Assembly: GCA_046328335.1 (NCBI GenBank) | Contig: JAXLWU010000015.1 | Coordinates: 30,023 to 94,022, forward strand | Direction of reading: 5' to 3' | From: Thermomicrobiales bacterium | GTDB taxonomy: Bacteria; Chloroflexota; Chloroflexia; Thermomicrobiales; UBA6265 | Length of the DNA: 64,000 nucleotides | Shown here: in pieces, positions 63,755 through 64,000 of the stretch | How the letters are laid out: each line of letters opens with the position of its first letter | Numbering within the stretch: position 1 is the stretch's first letter | Program-made: the position numbers and the translations under genes | The notes under the pieces: generated by a model | What the model was told of the DNA's origin: nothing | The model's database searches: none | The model's input: only the letters and a program-made list of their open reading frames with translations

Positions 63755-64000
63755 GTTCGGATGGTGTGCTCTGCGACCTGTCTCGCGATGTCGTGACCCT
63801 GTTGTACACGATCAGGAGACCGTCCAGGGTCAATTCCGGTGCGAAGTGATCGAAGAGTGGCGAACGGCCCGAGAACAGCGTGGCGTAGCCGCCGGTGATG
63901 ATGACGGGCGCAGAGGCGCCCAGTTCGGACCGAGTGCGTTCAATCATCCCTTCGAGCATGGCGAGATGCCCGGTCACGACCCCGGCCCGCAATTGATCGG
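63747..64000 (-). CDS. coaX: type III pantothenate kinase (C-terminal fragment; 5' end outside window)
   Basis: ..AGVVTGHLAMLEGMIERTRSELGASAPVIITGGYATLF....FDHFAPELTLDGLLIVY matches the CoaX C-terminal pattern (TGG...L.L.GL). The ORF runs off the window edge. Confidence 0.7.
   Translation of the reverse strand, partial: DQLRAGVVTGHLAMLEGMIERTRSELGASAPVIITGGYATLFSGRSPLFDHFAPELTLDGLLIVYNRVTTSRDRSQSTPSERA

Noticed and set aside
1-64000. Scanned the annotated products and the intergenic regions I read for transposases, integrases, phage genes, toxin-antitoxin pairs, restriction-modification or other known defence genes, rRNA/tRNA genes and CRISPR repeats.
   Set aside because: None could be supported from the translated ORFs or from the intergenic sequence I could read. 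The window looks like core chromosome with a few secreted accessory proteins.

Overview
This is a visibly GC-rich bacterial chromosomal window, densely packed with about 60 protein genes. I saw no rRNA, tRNA, CRISPR array, transposase, integrase or phage genes. The phylum cannot be determined from sequence alone; gene content is compatible with a Chloroflexota/Thermomicrobia-like or other high-GC lineage.

Most of the window is housekeeping:
- Partial trpB, citrate synthase and an M29 aminopeptidase.
- A large peptide-type ABC importer (SBP plus 2 permeases) behind a BNR/sialidase-like gene.
- RNase J, msrB/msrA with a nitroreductase and a PRC-barrel/DUF2382 stress protein.
- A dimethylglycine-oxidase-like flavoenzyme, thiD-thiE, a LOG-family gene and secA.
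- A selB-containing operon headed by DAHP synthase.
- hisG-C-B-H-A-F-IE, a HIT protein, an MFS transporter, pckA, three aminotransferases, a GNAT and partial coaX.

Accessory-looking content is a set of secreted or low-complexity proteins:
- An M23 peptidase with a 164-aa Gly/Asp tail.
- A thrombospondin-type-3 (TSP3) plus malectin protein.
- A DxDxDG-repeat plus Excalibur protein.
- Several hypothetical proteins.

The strongest non-annotated signal is on the minus strand at 47503-47730. A TTGACA-N17-TACTGT promoter is followed by a 34-codon leader ORF containing WFGYVYFGY, then a hairpin plus U7 terminator, immediately upstream of the DAHP synthase gene. This is a candidate ribosome-mediated aromatic-amino-acid attenuator. 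It appears to control an unusual aroF / phzF-like / selB / PIG-L operon.

I did not find a convincing defence island or other multi-gene novel system. Everything beyond direct sequence observation is marked as inference.
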